Shown piece after piece: positions 1-11,184 of a DNA stretch of 64,000 nt. The notes beneath the pieces were generated by a model that searched no databases, had not been told where the DNA came from, and saw only the letters and a program-made list of their open reading frames with translations. Position 1 is the first letter of the stretch. Every line of letters starts with the position of its first letter. The position numbers were made by a program, and so were the translations under genes. The stretch spans positions 3,711-67,710 of IMG/VR virus record IMGVR_UViG_3300024344_000003; one strand, 5' to 3'. The stretch is from a virus.

Positions 1-1770
1 TTGCCTTGGTGATAATGTATTTATAAATTCTTTTACAAGTCTTTCACCTTCAGTAGAAAGATTACCATCAACTCCTTGTATTGTTGATTTAACTAAACCA
101 TGTAATAATTCGTGAGATCCAACTGATACAGCTTCTGTTTTTAAAGCTTGTTCTTTATTAATATACCAATTACCTTGCCCGTCAAAGAAACCATCTGCAA
201 GTTTTACATCATCGAATACACCGTTATTAGATAATGCTTGCTTTTTACCAACAGAAGAGTTTTCGTATGCTTTTTGAAACTCTGTAGCATTATCAATAAC
301 TTGCTGTCTAACACCAGCTTTATTAGCATAAGCTTCAGTTACAGATAAATTATTATTAAGGGATTTATGTACATGATCTTTCCATATAACTTGATTAGCT
401 TCAGTAGCTTGCTCAACTTGGCTTTCATACATTTTCCTTGTTTCTGGAGCTATATTATCTTTTTTAAGTTTTTTATTAGCTTTATTTATAACGTTCACAT
501 TAGTAGCATAATTCATAAGATCTTGACCTCTCATTGATCTAACTACCTTTTGAGTTTGACTTTGTTTAATAACTATATCATCAGCTAACTTATTAATCTT
601 ACCGTTTAATTCAGTCCTTACATCTTCATCTTTTTCATTTGATAACTCATTAGTTAATTTGGTTAACTCATTATATTTAGTTTTTATATACTTATTATCT
701 TCTTCTGGTCTTAATAACACTTCTGCTCTACCTTCTAAAGCTCTATTACCTGTAGTTAACGTTTGTATACCTCCAACGTTACCACCCATAAAAGCACCAA
801 TAATACCTTCATCAAGTATTTCATACCATTTTTGTTTAGTATCTAATCTCGTGTCATAACCTAAAGTTGCTTTGTCCCATAACGTAGTACCTAACGCTTG
901 TGCCATTTCAGTACCACCTTCCCAAGCAAAACCTCTTGTTATGTTATTAACATATCTTTGAGCAGCGGTCATTGTTAATTGCTTTGCTGCTTTTGTTGGT
1001 GTTCCTCCTCCGATACCAAGTAGACGTCTACTAATCATACCTTCACCAAACTCTATAAAACCAGTACCAGCGGCGTTTAATAATAATAGAGCATTTGCTC
1101 TATCTGGATCTTTCTCCATTTCTTCGTCCCATTTATTACCAGCAGTTGATACTCCTAATACACCTAAAGCTTTTGGACTAAAAAGAGATAAATAACTAGT
1201 CCATGATTCAGCTCCACCTAATACTACTCTTTCAAGAGCTTGACCAATATTACCATCTCCTATATCTTCAGTGATTGTTTGGTTATACACACCTTGTCTA
1301 GCTCTCATTGTATCAACCTTTTGTTGTAATTCCTCAGCAGACCAAATATTTTTACCAAAAATTCTAAGACCTTCTTCTTTAACCTTAGATCTATTAGCTA
1401 CTTTCTCTTCACCTGATAAAGATCTCCACTCACCAGTGTCATTCCACATCCTAACTTGGTCGGCTACATCTTGATAACCACCATGTATTTCTTCCATAAC
1501 ATTTATTAAACCAGCTACTTTGTCATCTATACCAATGACAAAAGCATCACCCAATTTATCTACAAAAGATCTATCATCTGGGTTTTCAGTTTGTTGTTTT
1601 ATGTATTGTGATTGTACTTTGCTCGGACCTGAGCCAGTGTATTTATCGTAGAAGGCATTTACAAATGTATCTTTGTCTTGCGTCATAGCGTAAGACACTT
1701 TTTGATTTAGCTCTTCCTCACTTAAATTCGGAGCGTATTTAAGATACATGTTTCTGTATAAATCTTGCAT
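1..1770 (-). CDS. Large internal virion/ejection protein, N-terminal 590 aa (runs off window start), with zincin HExxH motif
   Basis: Missing from the ORF track because it has no stop in the window. Hand translation from ATG at 1770 (MQDLYRNMYLKYAPNLSEEELNQKVSY...) stays open to base 1. GSHELLHGL is at about 94-120. It follows the ejection-type genes. Confidence 0.75.
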   Translation of the reverse strand, partial: MQDLYRNMYLKYAPNLSEEELNQKVSYAMTQDKDTFVNAFYDKYTGSGPSKVQSQYIKQQTENPDDRSFVDKLGDAFVIGIDDKVAGLINVMEEIHGGYQDVADQVRMWNDTGEWRSLSGEEKVANRSKVKEEGLRIFGKNIWSAEELQQKVDTMRARQGVYNQTITEDIGDGNIGQALERVVLGGAESWTSYLSLFSPKALGVLGVSTAGNKWDEEMEKDPDRANALLLLNAAGTGFIEFGEGMISRRLLGIGGGTPTKAAKQLTMTAAQRYVNNITRGFAWEGGTEMAQALGTTLWDKATLGYDTRLDTKQKWYEILDEGIIGAFMGGNVGGIQTLTTGNRALEGRAEVLLRPEEDNKYIKTKYNELTKLTNELSNEKDEDVRTELNGKINKLADDIVIKQSQTQKVVRSMRGQDLMNYATNVNVINKANKKLKKDNIAPETRKMYESQVEQATEANQVIWKDHVHKSLNNNLSVTEAYANKAGVRQQVIDNATEFQKAYENSSVGKKQALSNNGVFDDVKLADGFFDGQGNWYINKEQALKTEAVSVGSHELLHGLVKSTIQGVDGNLSTEGERLVKEFINTLSPRQ

Positions 1771-1777
1771 TTGTTAA

Positions 1778-2953
1778 TTATATTTTGTCAATATCTATGC
1801 TAACAGTTGGTTTATACCCTGCAGCATTTAACGCTTTACTTCCTAAACCTAAAGCTTTTAGATAAAGTCGTAAGTGATCAGGATTGTTAGGATCTATTTT
1901 AAAAGGCATAACTCTATTGCCAATTTTTATATCATAAGTACCATCATCGTACGCGTCGATTTTTGTCTTACTATCAAGGGGTAATAAATTTCCTATTTGC
2001 TCTAAATCTCCTGATTCCCATATTTGCATTGCTGTATCCATAGCTATACCACCAAATTGACCTATAACGTTAGAAGCTCTATTTTTTAATTGGAACGCTT
2101 GGTTTGCAGCAGAAGATATACCATTTATCCAGTTGTTTACTAAGAAATCTTTTAATTGATCGTGGTTTTCTTCTTGTAATAACCACAAGTTAGGATCATC
2201 AGGGTTGTCAAGATTTATTAATGGATTATCTAAAAACTTATCTGTAGCTAAAGAAATCATACCATCTCTACCCGACTCACCAATTAATTGCTGTATTTGT
2301 CTTCTATATAAATAATCTGAAGTTCTATCTATTGGAACAGCGTTTTTATAAGCTTGTTGATTAAGTGCTAACAAACCATCAATAGCTTTAGCATTTTTGT
2401 TAAAATAACTTACTTCACTACCAAGTTGATTAGCTGCTAGAAAAGATCCATCATCCATTAAAAAGTTTAATTTACCATCTATTATAGATACTTTATAATC
2501 ATCTTTACCAAATAGCTCTTTTAATTTGCTATCTGAAGAACCAACAGATATATTACCAGAATCAAAATCTTGAAGATACTCTTGTTTTAAATTTTTGAAG
2601 TTGTCTAGATCTGAGCTTAAGCCTTTAAATGATTTCTGTATGTTAAACATTTCAGATTGAACCTGCATGTATCTAGGACTACCAGCTTGAATATTATTAC
2701 TAGCTAACATCCTAGCTAACCTTCCATATCTCATTCTACTTTGTTGCAAATAGTTTTCAACAGGTTCGTGCATACTACCTGGAACCTTTTCTAAATCTAG
2801 ACCCGCTGGTAATTGATCGATATATTTCCTGACATTTCTATCTTGATACACTCTTTCTAAAGATTTTTGTTTAATCTGTTCTCTAGAAAAAGGGTTGTAG
2901 TTTATAAACTGTGGAGCAGATGTTGCAGCTCCTTGTATTAATGCTTTACTCAT
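1778..2953 (-). CDS. Putative internal virion (ejected) protein
   Basis: 391 aa, helical and Gln-rich; lies between the Gly/Ala-rich ejection protein and the large internal protein, as in podovirus core gene order. Confidence 0.5.
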   Translation of the reverse strand: MSKALIQGAATSAPQFINYNPFSREQIKQKSLERVYQDRNVRKYIDQLPAGLDLEKVPGSMHEPVENYLQQSRMRYGRLARMLASNNIQAGSPRYMQVQSEMFNIQKSFKGLSSDLDNFKNLKQEYLQDFDSGNISVGSSDSKLKELFGKDDYKVSIIDGKLNFLMDDGSFLAANQLGSEVSYFNKNAKAIDGLLALNQQAYKNAVPIDRTSDYLYRRQIQQLIGESGRDGMISLATDKFLDNPLINLDNPDDPNLWLLQEENHDQLKDFLVNNWINGISSAANQAFQLKNRASNVIGQFGGIAMDTAMQIWESGDLEQIGNLLPLDSKTKIDAYDDGTYDIKIGNRVMPFKIDPNNPDHLRLYLKALGLGSKALNAAGYKPTVSIDIDKI

Positions 2954-2966
2954 ATCTTATTTAATT

Positions 2967-3617
2967 TTATCCTCCAGTAAGGAATCCTTGAATTTTACCC
3001 ATTACACCGCTATCGCCAAATCCGCCACCAGCTGCTACTTGCGCAGCACCACCTACTACATCACCAATTCCTGATGTTATAGCTGATGTAGCTTGTTGCC
3101 TGGCTTCATTAGCTGCACCAAGTCTAGCTTGAGACATACCTAATAAAGTTTCTGTTTTAGCAGCTTCTGCTTGTCTAGCGTTTTGAGCACCTTGTATTTG
3201 TGCTGATTGAACATTAGCAGCTCCTTGTGCTGCCATAGCTTGGTTAGCAGCTTCTTGTTGACCAACGCTAGCTGATGCGGCTTGTATATTTTGTGATTGT
3301 TGACCAGCCATTGCTTGTGCTAAAGCAGCAATACCAGATCCACCAGCAGCTTGATTCATACTACTCATAGTATTAGATAGTGCTTGATTTTGTTGTTGCA
3401 TAGCCATATCTGCCGCCTGTGTATTAACAGTCAGATCTTCATACGTGTTTTCCATGTTAGCTGCAAGGTTAGAAGTATCTAGATTTTCATACCTAGCTTT
3501 ATTTATAGCTAGTTCTTTTTGAGCCTTTCTTTGCTCTTCTCTTCTAGCTCCTCCCCCAATTATTCCACTAGCTATACTAGTTAACCCGCCTAATGCTTGA
3601 GTTGCTGCTCCTATCAT
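2967..3617 (-). CDS. Putative DNA ejection/pilot protein (T7 gp14 / P22 gp7-like composition)
   Basis: 216 aa, Ala/Gly/Gln-rich with glycine-rich hydrophobic ends; downstream of the tail nozzle gene. Confidence 0.55.
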   Translation of the reverse strand: MIGAATQALGGLTSIASGIIGGGARREEQRKAQKELAINKARYENLDTSNLAANMENTYEDLTVNTQAADMAMQQQNQALSNTMSSMNQAAGGSGIAALAQAMAGQQSQNIQAASASVGQQEAANQAMAAQGAANVQSAQIQGAQNARQAEAAKTETLLGMSQARLGAANEARQQATSAITSGIGDVVGGAAQVAAGGGFGDSGVMGKIQGFLTGG

Positions 3618-3653
3618 ATTTTTATATTTTATTTATGTTATTATTATTACACA

Positions 3654-3974
3654 TTATTTACTACTTTCAAATATTTCACTTCCAACGTCGAATAGTTCAC
3701 ATTGTGTTGTTTCGTCATTAACCATCTTTACTTCAGCGTAATAACCTCTTAATGCTGATACAGCTGCTCTACTATCTTTACTAAATAGTATGAAGTCACT
3801 ACCTGTTGGTCTGGTTTGAGTACCACTTATATTTGTTGATACAGTTGTTGGAGTTACTGCTGTTACAGTACCCATTTCAGTTATATTTGTTGTTCCTGAA
3901 GCTTGATAATACGATGTATCACCTACTTGAACTGAATCATTAACATGTGGAAAAGTCATTGTTATTACTGGCAT
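3654..3974 (-). CDS. Small virion protein, hypothetical
   Basis: 106 aa beta-rich ORF tightly packed in the tail operon. Confidence 0.5.
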   Translation of the reverse strand: MPVITMTFPHVNDSVQVGDTSYYQASGTTNITEMGTVTAVTPTTVSTNISGTQTRPTGSDFILFSKDSRAAVSALRGYYAEVKMVNDETTQCELFDVGSEIFESSK

Positions 3975-3984
3975 AATCTATCTA

Positions 3985-6900
3985 TTAAGGTTCGTTAGCT
4001 AAAGCTACATTAATGTTATAAGTTGGCACTGATGATGATGTAACGGTTTCATCAAATTGTGCTGACCAAGTATAGGTTAAATCTTGACTACCATCTTCAC
4101 CTGTTAATGTTCCTTTCGTTACACTCATATTGTCAAAGCAAGATGTATTAGTTGTGTTACCAGTTCCTGGAGTTATTGTTAAAGTTATTTGTGATAAGTC
4201 ATTACCGTAGAAATTACCAAATATAGTACCTGTACCAGTTATGTTTGTATTGTCAGCTACTCCAATATGTATAACCTTACCATTTGAAGTACTATATGTA
4301 CCATCGTTATATGTAAGTTTACCTATATTTATATAACCACCAAGTCCATGGGTTACTTCAGCATTTAACAATATTGATCCACCACCACCAGAACCACCAG
4401 TTTTAGTAAGGAAATCATCTAAGTCAATATTTGACGTGGTATCAGCTGTTCCATACTGTTCAATATTTATAGTACCTGTTATACTAACTGTTTTAGGAGA
4501 AGGTGAATTATCTATAGTTGCTACACCTCCAGAATCAAACTCCCATATAAAGCTGTTAGAAGTATAGTTTGTAAAATCATCAGTTTCAGGTTCTCTACTT
4601 TGTGATATATTACCTGTAGCTGTTGCTGTAATCGTTAAATCTAATTGAGAAGCTTCTGAGTTTTCTTCAGGTTCCATTAATGCTTGGTTTGATTTAACAA
4701 AATTACTAGATGTTATAGTAAAGTCTCCAGATGTACTAGATGCAGATACAGTTAGATCAATATCAACTAATTGATCTATAGTAAATGGATTTTGTACAAC
4801 AGGTGGTGAAGCTGTGTTAAACACATTACCCATTAAAGGACTTAATAAAGCACTAGGTGATTTTGCTTCTAAAGTATATACATGTTGTACTGAAGTATTT
4901 ACAACTTCATAAAATGGTATTGCTATTGTATAAACACCTGCACTTGGAATTGTTAAAGTTGTACCTCCTGTTTCCCAACTATCACCATCCCAGTAATGAG
5001 CTGTTCCACTATCAATAACTTGTTTTATTGAAAACTTAGCCCCTACTGATCCGTATATCTTTAAATTTTTAGTTTGTTCAAATCTACCAACTTGTGATCC
5101 ACCTTCAAAATTATAACCACGTACTTGATCATCATCTTGAGTAGCGCTAGGTTCTGAAGATGCATTAAACTCTATATGATCTTTACTTGTGTCTTGCGCT
5201 GGAAACTTATACTTAATTGTAAATGTTCTTTTATCAACATTTGCTAATGTTTTACCGTCACTACCTATTGTCATAGCCGATCCATCAGCTTCGTAATCTT
5301 GAAATGTTACTTGATATGCGCTCTCAACTAAATTATCTTGTTTTAGAATTTTATATTGAGGTGTTAATTTTGTAAAATCATAATTAGAATCTAAATTAAA
5401 CTCTACAGTAGCGATAGTTTCAAAGGTTGTTCCATCATAATTAGCTTCAAATCCAGTTCTATCAGTATGCACTTCTGCTGTAGCATTTCCAGTACCACTA
5501 TATGTTATTGTTCTTGTTATATTAGAATCAGTATTACTAGTTAACGTTAAGTCATGTAATCTATATATTAGTTGTTTACCATCTCCCGTTACAGCTAAAG
5601 CAATAGTTAAATCATTAGAAGGCATGTTAACACCATCTGTGAAATTAACAGTTGCTATTACATTATCACCACTTTGTGCAAACGTAACACTATCAACATA
5701 AGTACCTGTAGAACCTACACTTAAATCACTAGCCGTTATTGTAGCTCCAGTGTCAGGTATTATAGTTAATTGTTGAGAGGTTTTAGTTGAATGTATTTCG
5801 CTACCTATTGAAACATCAAATTTTTGATCTTCAACTGTAGTATTAGCAATGCCAGTTAACTGAACAGTAACTTCTCTATCATCTAAGCTAATATCACCAG
5901 CTAAAGCTGTATATTGACCTATACCTTGTACGCTAAATTCTTGACTATCTAAATTAGTTAATGCTGTAGCTACACCTTTTAGATTATTATAATATCTGTT
6001 TTCTTTTTTAATGAACTCTTTTACAAAACCTTGTTGTTGATCTGTATTAATATATTCGCAAAACCAACCAGGAGTAAAAGTAGAAGTTTCTTCTGTATAA
6101 TTATTAGTATAAACTCTAGATCTACTACCACTATAATTTAATGTTTTAAATCCTTTTATAGTTTCAGCTAAATCATTTACTAATAAAGTAATTTCAGAAT
6201 TTGCAGATCCAGCTCCATAAAAATCATTTCTTGATTCGTTTGTATGAACCCACATCTCTCCGTTTTTTATACTAAAATATTTGTTATTTAAAGCACATGC
6301 TGCTTCTGGTACAAATGATTTGAAACTAGGCCAACCATTTACTTTTTCATCAAATGATACTGTAGTGTCATTAAGTGTTAGGTTATATAAACCTTTACTA
6401 CCATCATAACTACCTAATATTAACGAAGCGGTAGGTAAATTATCTTTAAAATAATCTCTCATACCATTTTCTGATATAGCTGTTAAACCGTCTCTAGACA
6501 ATCTTAAAACAGCTCCTCTGTTTCTGTCAGTAAAATAAACTCTAAAAGCATAAGAAGCAAGACTTTCTGGATTTTTACTTATACCGTAATTACCAATGTA
6601 AGGTATTGCTTGACCTAATACTCTATTTGTTGCTGTTAACTGTGTGTTACCACCAGCTTCATATAAAGCATCTTTATTCGCTAATATTTTTAAAACTTTA
6701 TCTTCACAAAATGCTATTAAATCTGTATTTCTAGCTAATAACCTTTGTATACCACCATAATGTGGATTTAAATCTTTAGTTATTGATTCACCTGCTATAA
6801 ATTGATTTAATCTATTTACACCACTTGTAGAATTAAATATACCAGAAAATATTAAACCATTTTTTCTTCTTTCTTCTTTATATTGTTCTGCTAATACAGT

Positions 6901-9900
6901 TGAAACTTTAACACCTTTGTCAATTTTAACAGCATTAAAATCATCTCTTAATCTATCTGTTTCAACACCATTACCATATGAATAGCAATTTTTAAATACT
7001 AAAGTTTGTTCAGATCCATGATCTGCTATAGGTAGTGTATCACCAGTTTCGTAGTATAAATCTAAATCAACTGCTTCTTTAGGTTCAGTCTCCCATATAG
7101 CTGGGTTTTCTGAAGTTAATTGCTCGTTGCCTTGTTCTATAACTTTCTCTAATATTTGTATTTCATCTATGTAGTTAGTACCATAAGATCCTGATGTAGG
7201 TAAACTAAAAGTATCTTCATAAGGTGTTTGGTTGACCCAATGTCTAAAGTATATTTTGTATTTTCTTCTTTTAGCACTGTAATATTTTTTACCAGAACCT
7301 CTTCTAAAATCATACGATATATCATTACTTGTTGTTTCGTATATCTCTCCAGTTTGACCAGCTTTACTTTTAAATCTCATATAAGTACCGCCTTTTGTCA
7401 AAGCTTTTAAGAAAGAGTTAATAGTATTATTTTTATCGTGCTTTCTTCTATTAGGCCTTGATTGACCAGGAGCTCCACATCTTATTATTGTCATGTAATC
7501 TCTACCTTGCTTAGGATGTTTGTTTGAGGATTGTTGTATTCTCCAAGATACTCTTCTATCTCTTGTATCAAACCAAGATTCACCATTGGTACTACTACCA
7601 GCACCCATATTTGGTGAGTTAGGAAATAATTCTCTTGAATCTTTTATACCCCATTGCTGATCTTCTTCAGCATATTTCTCTACAATATTAGTATCAAAAG
7701 CTCCGTCTCTATTTATTTTTACAAAAAATCTACCGTAATGCTCAGGTTTTCTTTCAAACTTTTGTTCGTATACAGTTATTCTTATAGAATCACCATCAGC
7801 TAAACCATCTAACATTGTTTCACCCTCTCTTATAGGTTCAGATATTGTTACTTGGTATATATGATCATCATTATCTTTTTCTCCAGTAAAACCACCACTT
7901 ACAATATCGTATTTTTCTGTTTTACTACCATTAACATCTAGTAGTATCATGTTATCAGAAGTAAATCCTGCAGCAAAAGCAGGATTGTTCAATGGATCAG
8001 GACCAAGAAACTTAAACGACACACTACCAACTTGAGGTATATTTTCACTATGTGCTTTAGCATCAACAGCAGATAATGCTTTTCTTGTAAGCTTTATAAA
8101 GTCAGGTGCTTCGTTTTGTATATCTAATATTTTATATCTAGCTTTATCAGATACTACATCATCATTGTCATGACCTTTCTTTAATATTAAGTACATGTCT
8201 TCTTGTACTTTATTTCTTTCTGATGAAGGAAAACTTAACCAAACATTACCATCTTCAGCTAGATAGTATCTATCCATAGCTAAGTTATAATATTCGTTAG
8301 AAGTTTCTTTTATGTAATACTTAAAATGAGTTGCCCAACTAGGTGGAGTGTTATTACATATAGCTTTTAATGTAGATACTTTTGGTGCAAAAGCTTTTGA
8401 TACTTGAATTGAAGCATCTTTACTTGTAAACACAGGTGTTTGTCTATTATATTTATCCATGTAAACAACACCAACTTGATAAGTTCTTAATGACTTTATA
8501 GATAGTTCAGGTTCTTTGATAGTTGTTATATCAGCTGTATCTATAGACAAGTTTATGTCAGGTAGATTATAATTAGGTATATCGTATTGTTGTAAATAGT
8601 TACCATATATAAGTCTATTTGCTGTAATTTCTTGTGATTTAGCTAGTTTCGGTACGTTATCCCATGGTCTTAGTATTTGACTAGACTCAACTGTTTTACT
8701 AATTAAATCAGATGTTAAGTTGTAAGTAAGATCAAAGTTATTATAAGAATCTCTTTTTAAACTATCTACAACATATATGTTATTACTATTTGATTCTTTA
8801 TATAATATATCTATTTCGTCTACATCAACTGGGTAACCGGTAGGTATTGTTATTGTTAAATCTCTTAAGTTATTTATCATACCAACATTATATCCGTCAG
8901 AAGATAAATATTCAAACGTAGTTGGTCTAAATGCTAATTCGCTAAAAGGTGAATACACTGAATACTCTCCACTAGTGTATTTCCATCTATAACCAAACCT
9001 AACCATTTTCTTTTCAAACAATACACCTTCTTCTTCTAATAAAACCTCCCATGTCAATGGTACATAAGCCACTTCTGTTGGTACACTTTGCAGTTTTACC
9101 CCTACTACACCACCGCTGCTAGTAACGTTTGTTACTCTAGCTTTAATTTCATAATTTGTCTGAGATACCTGCTCTTCGTATGTAGCTGTTATAACTAGTA
9201 TATCACCTACTTGATAAACTGATTGAGGTGATAAATGTAAAGATTTACTAGTTCCAGCTGCTAAACCATTTCCATCTGAATCCGCAAATAGACCAGCTGT
9301 CGAGTTTGTAATTATACATGGTTCAGTTCCAGTTCCACTACCACCTCTTTTTGACGTAGCCATTGTAAGAGTTGGAGCTGTAATAGGAGCTTGTTTAGCT
9401 ACAGTTATATTTTCTTCTGTAAAAGCTGAAGCAGCAGCTAAATCAGCTGGTAGTATTATTTCTCCATCATATTTTGTATGAGTTGTGAAATCACCATTAC
9501 ATCCAGATTTAAAAACTTCAATATCTATTTTCTTAGGTTCAGTTCTGTTATCTGTCCAGAATAACATACCTTCTAAAACATTTATACCTGTTATATACTG
9601 ATCAGCCGTGAAGTCTAATATATTGTTTGCATCTACTAAAACAGGTGATATAATACCTTTGTTATCATCGTATTCAGCAATACAATCAGATTCATCAGCT
9701 TTTATAAACCAATATATTTTATCAGTTTCATTATTTAAAACATGTCCTATACAAACTGGGTTTGTTAATCCAAATTGCGATGCCCAGTTAGCTGTTATAG
9801 ATTTTGAATTACTATTATAAGTTTTGCCAATAATCTTTGTATTACCCCTAACATTCTGAACAGCACCTACATCACTACCTTCAGAAACTGATATTTCTAT

Positions 9901-9996
9901 GTTCTGCGCGTCTCTATATTCTCCATTAGGTACTAACCTCTCGTCCAGGTCTTTGTTCATCTTACCTGCACGAAAGTGATGTTTTAATTCTGGCAT
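3985..9996 (-). CDS. Tail nozzle/stabilisation protein (P22 gp10 / crAss muzzle-like)
   Basis: 2003 aa; N-terminus F..GKMNKDLDERLVPNGEYRDAQN typical of crAss-like stabilisation proteins; beta-rich with an Ig-like Thr/Ser-rich C-terminal region; positional support. Confidence 0.65.
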   Translation of the reverse strand: MPELKHHFRAGKMNKDLDERLVPNGEYRDAQNIEISVSEGSDVGAVQNVRGNTKIIGKTYNSNSKSITANWASQFGLTNPVCIGHVLNNETDKIYWFIKADESDCIAEYDDNKGIISPVLVDANNILDFTADQYITGINVLEGMLFWTDNRTEPKKIDIEVFKSGCNGDFTTHTKYDGEIILPADLAAASAFTEENITVAKQAPITAPTLTMATSKRGGSGTGTEPCIITNSTAGLFADSDGNGLAAGTSKSLHLSPQSVYQVGDILVITATYEEQVSQTNYEIKARVTNVTSSGGVVGVKLQSVPTEVAYVPLTWEVLLEEEGVLFEKKMVRFGYRWKYTSGEYSVYSPFSELAFRPTTFEYLSSDGYNVGMINNLRDLTITIPTGYPVDVDEIDILYKESNSNNIYVVDSLKRDSYNNFDLTYNLTSDLISKTVESSQILRPWDNVPKLAKSQEITANRLIYGNYLQQYDIPNYNLPDINLSIDTADITTIKEPELSIKSLRTYQVGVVYMDKYNRQTPVFTSKDASIQVSKAFAPKVSTLKAICNNTPPSWATHFKYYIKETSNEYYNLAMDRYYLAEDGNVWLSFPSSERNKVQEDMYLILKKGHDNDDVVSDKARYKILDIQNEAPDFIKLTRKALSAVDAKAHSENIPQVGSVSFKFLGPDPLNNPAFAAGFTSDNMILLDVNGSKTEKYDIVSGGFTGEKDNDDHIYQVTISEPIREGETMLDGLADGDSIRITVYEQKFERKPEHYGRFFVKINRDGAFDTNIVEKYAEEDQQWGIKDSRELFPNSPNMGAGSSTNGESWFDTRDRRVSWRIQQSSNKHPKQGRDYMTIIRCGAPGQSRPNRRKHDKNNTINSFLKALTKGGTYMRFKSKAGQTGEIYETTSNDISYDFRRGSGKKYYSAKRRKYKIYFRHWVNQTPYEDTFSLPTSGSYGTNYIDEIQILEKVIEQGNEQLTSENPAIWETEPKEAVDLDLYYETGDTLPIADHGSEQTLVFKNCYSYGNGVETDRLRDDFNAVKIDKGVKVSTVLAEQYKEERRKNGLIFSGIFNSTSGVNRLNQFIAGESITKDLNPHYGGIQRLLARNTDLIAFCEDKVLKILANKDALYEAGGNTQLTATNRVLGQAIPYIGNYGISKNPESLASYAFRVYFTDRNRGAVLRLSRDGLTAISENGMRDYFKDNLPTASLILGSYDGSKGLYNLTLNDTTVSFDEKVNGWPSFKSFVPEAACALNNKYFSIKNGEMWVHTNESRNDFYGAGSANSEITLLVNDLAETIKGFKTLNYSGSRSRVYTNNYTEETSTFTPGWFCEYINTDQQQGFVKEFIKKENRYYNNLKGVATALTNLDSQEFSVQGIGQYTALAGDISLDDREVTVQLTGIANTTVEDQKFDVSIGSEIHSTKTSQQLTIIPDTGATITASDLSVGSTGTYVDSVTFAQSGDNVIATVNFTDGVNMPSNDLTIALAVTGDGKQLIYRLHDLTLTSNTDSNITRTITYSGTGNATAEVHTDRTGFEANYDGTTFETIATVEFNLDSNYDFTKLTPQYKILKQDNLVESAYQVTFQDYEADGSAMTIGSDGKTLANVDKRTFTIKYKFPAQDTSKDHIEFNASSEPSATQDDDQVRGYNFEGGSQVGRFEQTKNLKIYGSVGAKFSIKQVIDSGTAHYWDGDSWETGGTTLTIPSAGVYTIAIPFYEVVNTSVQHVYTLEAKSPSALLSPLMGNVFNTASPPVVQNPFTIDQLVDIDLTVSASSTSGDFTITSSNFVKSNQALMEPEENSEASQLDLTITATATGNISQSREPETDDFTNYTSNSFIWEFDSGGVATIDNSPSPKTVSITGTINIEQYGTADTTSNIDLDDFLTKTGGSGGGGSILLNAEVTHGLGGYINIGKLTYNDGTYSTSNGKVIHIGVADNTNITGTGTIFGNFYGNDLSQITLTITPGTGNTTNTSCFDNMSVTKGTLTGEDGSQDLTYTWSAQFDETVTSSSVPTYNINVALANEP

Positions 9997-9999
9997 ATT

Positions 10000-11181
10000 T
10001 TAGTGTTTTATAAATTTCGATTTACCTCTCATTATCTGAGTAAGTTCTTCCATCTTATAGTTGGATAATCTTAGTTTAGCTTTTCTCATCTCAGCATATC
10101 TTTCTTTCTTGAATCTTGCTACTAAGTATTCAGGTGTAGCTATTTTAGTGGCTAATATAGCGTGGGCTATCCATTTATAAACAGCCTCTTCAGCAAATTT
10201 ATGGACTTGCATTTCACCATCTGTACCTAAACTATCACTTATGTATTTTAAAGTTACTGTTTTACCGCTTATAGATCCACTAAAAAATATACGTCCTCTA
10301 GCTCCATCTATGTAAAACAAACCATTACTTGAAGCGTTTTCTGGTTCAATACCATATCTACCACCTAAAAAATATGTTTTATCTATAGCATCATTTTCTT
10401 CATTTACATCATCAAGAGTTTCATCTGGATCACTAGCTACTTTATATTTTTCCCATGTGTCAGAGTCTTGTTGTGTAAGTAAACTACCATCACTATCAAA
10501 TAAATAACCATAGTCACTATTCTGTAATAACGAAGTGGGGTTACTAGTTTTTCTTGCTGGTAGTAATAATCTCTCTATACCATCTTTATCAGTGTAAGAA
10601 AGTTTTACGTAGTTTACAAAATCTTGTGGCAACACCATTGTTAATGATGGTGGTACTTCTATTTCTTGTGATTTTTCTGATCTTAATGTATCATAGCTAA
10701 GTTCTGCTATACATCTTTGCGCATGGAAAAATACGTCGGTTCTTTTTACTTTTTGTATTAGCTTATCTAAACCAACATACTGTATTATAAAGTTATTTAC
10801 TAAATCTTGAAGACCTATGTACTGATAATTACCATATTCTTCAGCAGCGCTTTCTTCTCTTAATGTTATAACTAAACCAGTGTTTGGAGCACCGTTTGTT
10901 TGTTGTACACTTGAATTAATACCTGAGCTAGTAAAAACAAGGTTATAACTACCATCAACTGTAGTGTCGTTAGGGCTTGTACCGTTATAACTATAGTTAC
11001 TTTTAGATATCTCAATATTGTTAATAAAAACTACAATATTAGCTTGTTGTGTAGGTCTAGTGGGAAAATCTGAATCAGCTACATTAAATGATAATGTTCC
11101 AGATCCACCTGTTCCATCTCCTGTCCAACTTTTACTTTGGTTATAATACGATTGTTGTGTTGTTGTTCCTAGTAATCCCAT
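10000..11181 (-). CDS. Tail ring/adaptor protein
   Basis: 393 aa between the tubular protein and the nozzle. Confidence 0.5.
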   Translation of the reverse strand: MGLLGTTTQQSYYNQSKSWTGDGTGGSGTLSFNVADSDFPTRPTQQANIVVFINNIEISKSNYSYNGTSPNDTTVDGSYNLVFTSSGINSSVQQTNGAPNTGLVITLREESAAEEYGNYQYIGLQDLVNNFIIQYVGLDKLIQKVKRTDVFFHAQRCIAELSYDTLRSEKSQEIEVPPSLTMVLPQDFVNYVKLSYTDKDGIERLLLPARKTSNPTSLLQNSDYGYLFDSDGSLLTQQDSDTWEKYKVASDPDETLDDVNEENDAIDKTYFLGGRYGIEPENASSNGLFYIDGARGRIFFSGSISGKTVTLKYISDSLGTDGEMQVHKFAEEAVYKWIAHAILATKIATPEYLVARFKKERYAEMRKAKLRLSNYKMEELTQIMRGKSKFIKH

Positions 11182-11184
11182 TTA

